64,000 nucleotides of DNA from Blautia sp. (lineage in GTDB: Bacteria; Bacillota; Clostridia; Lachnospirales; Lachnospiraceae). The notes under the pieces are model-generated. The model saw only the letters and a program-made list of their open reading frames with translations, did not search any database and was not told the origin of the DNA. The position numbers and the translations under genes were made by a program. Below, one piece after another: positions 60,140 through 64,000 of the stretch; within the stretch, counting starts at the first letter, position 1, and each line of letters starts with the position of its first letter. The stretch covers positions 39,538 through 103,537 of the forward strand of contig JAPFCU010000061.1 in NCBI GenBank assembly GCA_026169535.1. Direction: 5' to 3'.

Positions 60140-61264
60140 ATGGAAATGAATATGGGTAAATTCAGTGAAAAACTGGTAGAACTTCTGGAGCTTGCAAAAA
60201 AGAAAAAAAATGTACTGGAATATCAGGAGATCAATGATTTCTTTAAAGATCAGCATCTGGAAGTAGAGCAGATGGAGAAGGTGTTTGATTTTCTCGAGGC
60301 AAGTGGGGTAGATGTACTCCGCATTACGGGAAATGATGAGGAACTGATCCTTGATGATGATATGGATATTGATAAGCTGGATGATGAGGAAGAGGTGGAG
60401 CTTGATAAGATTGATCTGTCTGTTCCGGAAGGCGTCAGCATTGAGGATCCGGTTCGTATGTATCTGAAAGAGATTGGAAAGGTGAGCCTTCTTACTGCAG
60501 ATGAGGAGATCGAACTTGCACAGAGGATGGAAGAAGGGGATGAGAATGCCAAAAAACGTCTTGCAGAGGCGAACCTTCGTCTTGTTGTCAGCATTGCAAA
60601 ACGTTATGTAGGAAGAGGAATGCTGTTCCTTGATCTGATCCAGGAGGGAAATCTTGGACTGATCAAGGCGGTAGAAAAATTTGATTATCGGAAAGGATAC
60701 AAATTCAGTACCTATGCAACCTGGTGGATCCGCCAGGCAATCACCAGAGCAATTGCAGATCAGGCACGTACCATTCGTATCCCTGTTCATATGGTGGAAA
60801 CCATCAATAAGCTGATCCGCGTTTCACGTCAGCTGCTTCAGGAGCTTGGACGTGAGCCGTCTCCGGAGGAAATTGCAGAAGAAATGGATATGTCTGTAGA
60901 ACGTGTCCGTGAGATTCTGAAGATCTCTCAGGAACCGGTGTCACTGGAAACTCCTATCGGTGAGGAAGAAGACAGCCACCTTGGCGATTTTATCCAGGAT
61001 GACAATGTTCCGGTACCGGCAGATGCGGCTGCATTTACCCTTCTGAAAGAGCAGCTGATCGAGGTACTTGGAACTCTTACAGAGAGAGAACAGAAGGTGC
61101 TTCGTCTCAGATTTGGTCTTGATGACGGACGTGCCCGTACTCTTGAGGAGGTTGGTAAGGAATTTAATGTCACCAGAGAACGTATCCGTCAGATCGAGGC
61201 AAAGGCGCTGCGTAAACTTCGCCATCCAAGCCGCAGCCGTAAGCTGAAGGACTATCTGGATTAA
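60140..61264 (+). CDS. rpoD: Primary sigma factor SigA/RpoD
   Basis: [42 protein letters not shown]. Confidence 0.99.
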   Translation: MEMNMGKFSEKLVELLELAKKKKNVLEYQEINDFFKDQHLEVEQMEKVFDFLEASGVDVLRITGNDEELILDDDMDIDKLDDEEEVELDKIDLSVPEGVSIEDPVRMYLKEIGKVSLLTADEEIELAQRMEEGDENAKKRLAEANLRLVVSIAKRYVGRGMLFLDLIQEGNLGLIKAVEKFDYRKGYKFSTYATWWIRQAITRAIADQARTIRIPVHMVETINKLIRVSRQLLQELGREPSPEEIAEEMDMSVERVREILKISQEPVSLETPIGEEEDSHLGDFIQDDNVPVPADAAAFTLLKEQLIEVLGTLTEREQKVLRLRFGLDDGRARTLEEVGKEFNVTRERIRQIEAKALRKLRHPSRSRKLKDYLD

Positions 61265-61274
61265 GGAGCAGGAC

Positions 61275-61973
61275 ATGCAGTTATCATTGAGACTGTCTGC
61301 CATTGCAGAAATGGTGACACAGGGAAACCGGCTGGTAGATGTGGGCTGTGATCATGGATATCTGCCGGTGTATTTAATACAGGAGAAAAGGATTCCGTCA
61401 GCGATTGCAGCTGATGTAGGAAAAGGTCCTTTGTCCAGAGCGCAGGAGCATATCAGCCAGTATGGGCTTGATAAATACATAGAAACAAGACTCTCTGACG
61501 GTCTCAGGGAAATCAAAAAAGGTGAAGGTGACACTTTGGTGATCGCCGGAATGGGCGGCCCTTTGATGGAAAGGATACTGACAGACGGAAAAGAAGCCCT
61601 CTGCGGATTTAAAGAACTGATCCTTCAGCCACAGTCAGATATTGGCCATGTACGGCGTTTTCTTTTTGAGAATGGATACCAGATCATCAGAGAAGACAGT
61701 GTTCTGGAGGAGGGAAAGTTCTATTTTATCATGAAAGCTGTTCAGGGAATCCGGAATCCGGTGTGGACAGAAGAGGAAATAGAATTTGGAGGTCTGCTTC
61801 TTGAAAAAAGACATCCGATCCTGAAGCAGTATCTGGAACGGGAACTGAGAATCCGCAATGAGATCCTTATTCAGCTCAGGGATGCTTCCGGAGCTTCAGC
61901 AGTACAGAGAAAAGAAGAAGTCAGGGAGGAAAAGCGGCTGATCCTTGCCGCCTTGGAGAGATATGAAGGTTAG
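61275..61973 (+). CDS. trmK: tRNA (adenine22-N1)-methyltransferase
   Basis: DVGCDHGYLP, RLSDGL, IAGMGG, ILQP. Confidence 0.93.
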   Translation: MQLSLRLSAIAEMVTQGNRLVDVGCDHGYLPVYLIQEKRIPSAIAADVGKGPLSRAQEHISQYGLDKYIETRLSDGLREIKKGEGDTLVIAGMGGPLMERILTDGKEALCGFKELILQPQSDIGHVRRFLFENGYQIIREDSVLEEGKFYFIMKAVQGIRNPVWTEEEIEFGGLLLEKRHPILKQYLERELRIRNEILIQLRDASGASAVQRKEEVREEKRLILAALERYEG

Positions 61974-62745
61974 AGAACTGACAGACTGGCTGGAAAAAAA
62001 ATATCCGGCAAAAATGGCAGAAAGCTGGGATAATGTGGGGCTTCTTGTAGGAGATGACGAAAAAGAGGTCAAACATGTATTTCTGGCACTTGATCTTACA
62101 GAAAAAATCCTTGATGAGGCCCTTGATGCAGGTGCAGACATGATCATCACTCATCATCCTATGATCTTCGGCGGCGTGAAAAAGGTCAATAATCATGATT
62201 TTACAGGACGAAAGATTCTTTCGCTGATCCGCCACGATATTCAATATTTTGCAATGCATACCAATTATGATGTGATGGGTATGGCAGACCTCAGCGCAGA
62301 CTATCTGCAACTTCAGGACCGCAAGGTACTTTCTGTAACAACAGAAACAGAAGAAGGAGAACAGGGATTTGGCCGGGTAGGAAAACTTCCGAAGGTGATG
62401 ACTCTGCGTCAGTGCGGACTTTTTGTAAAAAAAGCACTGGGGATTCAGGATGTCAGACTGTATGGAAATCCGGAACAGAACGTAGAAATCGCTGCAGTCT
62501 GTACTGGAAGTGGTAAAAGCATGATATCGGATGTAATGAAACATGGAGCGGACGTTTATATTACCGGAGATATCGACCACCATACGGGAATCGATACAGC
62601 TGCCCAGGGACTGGCTGTGATCGATGCAGGTCATTACGGCACGGAATATATTTTTATGAAGGCAATGCAGAAGCAGCTTGAGGAAAGTTTTTCAGAACTG
62701 AAAGTGTCATGTGCCTGTGCAGAAAGCCCATATATTTTAATATAA
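61963..62745 (+). CDS. Nif3-like dinuclear metal centre protein
   Basis: WDNVGL, ITHHP, HTNYD, ITGD, DAGHYGTE. Confidence 0.93.
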   Translation: MKVRELTDWLEKKYPAKMAESWDNVGLLVGDDEKEVKHVFLALDLTEKILDEALDAGADMIITHHPMIFGGVKKVNNHDFTGRKILSLIRHDIQYFAMHTNYDVMGMADLSADYLQLQDRKVLSVTTETEEGEQGFGRVGKLPKVMTLRQCGLFVKKALGIQDVRLYGNPEQNVEIAAVCTGSGKSMISDVMKHGADVYITGDIDHHTGIDTAAQGLAVIDAGHYGTEYIFMKAMQKQLEESFSELKVSCACAESPYILI

Positions 62746-62797
62746 AGCTGAATTTGAAGACCATCAGGGCGTTATCAGACAGGAGGCGTTAGACTCT

Positions 62798-64000
62798 ATG
62801 GAACAAAAAATGGTAAAAGTGGAAATTATGGGGGAAGCCAGGGAATATCCGGCAGGAACCACGTTTGCTGAAATTGTGGAGCCATACCAGAAAGTTTCTG
62901 AGGCACCGGTGATTCTGGTTACCGTAAACGGGAAATTAAAAGAGCTTCATAAGAAACTGAAATATGACAGCAGGATTGGTTTTGTGACTACAAAAGATAA
63001 TATTGGTCATCAAACTTATAAAAGAAGCGCCTGTATGATCCTTCTGAAAGCAATTTATGATATTGCCGGGAAGGAGCAAGTAGATAATGTAGTGATCCAT
63101 TATTCGGTAGGATCCGGATATTACTTTACCATGAAGGGCAGTAAGATACCTGACCAGAAGTTCCTGGATCAGGTAAAAGCCCGGATGCATGAGATCGTGG
63201 AGGCAAAGCTCCCTATTGAAAAACGTACAGTCAGTACAGATGAGGCCATAGCTTTGTTTCACAAGCACCGCATGTATGATAAAGAACAGCTGTTTCGTTA
63301 CCGCCGTGTATCCAGGGTAAATCTTTACCGGATTGATACTTTTGAGGATTATTTCTATGGTTATATGGCAAATCATACCGGCTATATCAGATATTTTGAT
63401 CTGAAACCCTATGATGAGGGATTTGTACTGGAGTTGCCGGAACGTGAGAAACCAGATGTGATTCCGCCTTTTTTACCTGAGGAAAAAATATTCCGTGTAC
63501 AGAAGGAATCTCAGGAGTGGGTTGAAAAATTAAATATTTCCTGCGTAGGTGATCTGAATGACCGGATTACAAAAGAAGGAATCCGGAATATCCTTCTGGT
63601 TCAGGAGGCTCTGCAGGAGGCAAAGATTTCCAATATTGCCCGGAAAATATGTGAAACGGGAAATAAAAAGTTTGTGATGATCGCAGGCCCGTCTTCTTCC
63701 GGAAAAACTACTTTTTCCCACCGACTCAGTATCCAGCTTACTGCCCATGGGATGAAACCTCATCCTATTGCAGTGGATAATTATTTTGTAAACAGAGAGC
63801 ATACGCCGTTGGATGAATATGGTGAAAAGGATTATGAATGCCTGCAGGCCATTGATGTAGAACAATTTAATCAGGATATGCTCGCGCTTTTAAGGGGAGA
63901 TAGGGTGGAACTTCCGGTTTATAACTTTAAAACGGGACAAAGAGAGTACCGGGGAGATTTTCTACAGCTGGGAAAAGAAGATGTTCTTGTGATCGAAGGT
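62798..64000 (+). CDS. Nucleoside (uridine) kinase with ThrRS-like N-terminal domain, truncated by window end (absent from ORF track)
   Basis: AGGAGG then ATG GAA CAA at 62798; open frame read by hand: VNGKLKEL, DYFYGYM, IAGPSSSGKTT P-loop, VDNYF, VIEG. Confidence 0.88.
   Translation, partial: MEQKMVKVEIMGEAREYPAGTTFAEIVEPYQKVSEAPVILVTVNGKLKELHKKLKYDSRIGFVTTKDNIGHQTYKRSACMILLKAIYDIAGKEQVDNVVIHYSVGSGYYFTMKGSKIPDQKFLDQVKARMHEIVEAKLPIEKRTVSTDEAIALFHKHRMYDKEQLFRYRRVSRVNLYRIDTFEDYFYGYMANHTGYIRYFDLKPYDEGFVLELPEREKPDVIPPFLPEEKIFRVQKESQEWVEKLNISCVGDLNDRITKEGIRNILLVQEALQEAKISNIARKICETGNKKFVMIAGPSSSGKTTFSHRLSIQLTAHGMKPHPIAVDNYFVNREHTPLDEYGEKDYECLQAIDVEQFNQDMLALLRGDRVELPVYNFKTGQREYRGDFLQLGKEDVLVIEG

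Noticed and set aside
59570-60790. 406-aa antisense ORF
   Set aside because: Shadow of dnaG/rpoD on the opposite strand; no recognisable motifs

Overview
Mostly core chromosome of a low-GC Gram-positive anaerobe. Gene content and order suggest Lachnospiraceae/Blautia (inference). Housekeeping blocks: argS, rsuA-like, rpsB-tsf, eno-secG-rnr-smpB, pyrH-frr-uppS-cdsA-dxr-rseP, two tRNA-Leu(AAG) genes, and dgt-dnaG-sigA-trmK-nif3-nucleoside kinase. Two accessory regions: (i) an AT-rich ~11 kb Amadori-compound (fructosamine) catabolism island with an ABC transporter, FrlD/FrlC homologues, three SIS deglycases and recurring GTTATA-N-TATAAC operators; (ii) a cell-surface cluster with two acyltransferase-3 genes, a cell-wall-anchored caspase-like protease, three glycosyltransferases, two SGNH paralogues, tagD and a deacetylase. 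The most unusual signal is an unannotated ~265-nt minus-strand transcription unit at ~40626-40927. It has a near-consensus promoter and its own terminator, and consists of four spaced units, each a Shine-Dalgarno sequence followed by CCA where a start codon would be; three share GACCACC. Also notable: an SGNH gene split exactly at an A_AAA_AAG -1 slippery site ahead of its catalytic DxxH, and a duplicated A34 tRNA-Leu. No transposase, integrase, phage or cas gene was seen. All calls come from motif reading only; no database searches were run.
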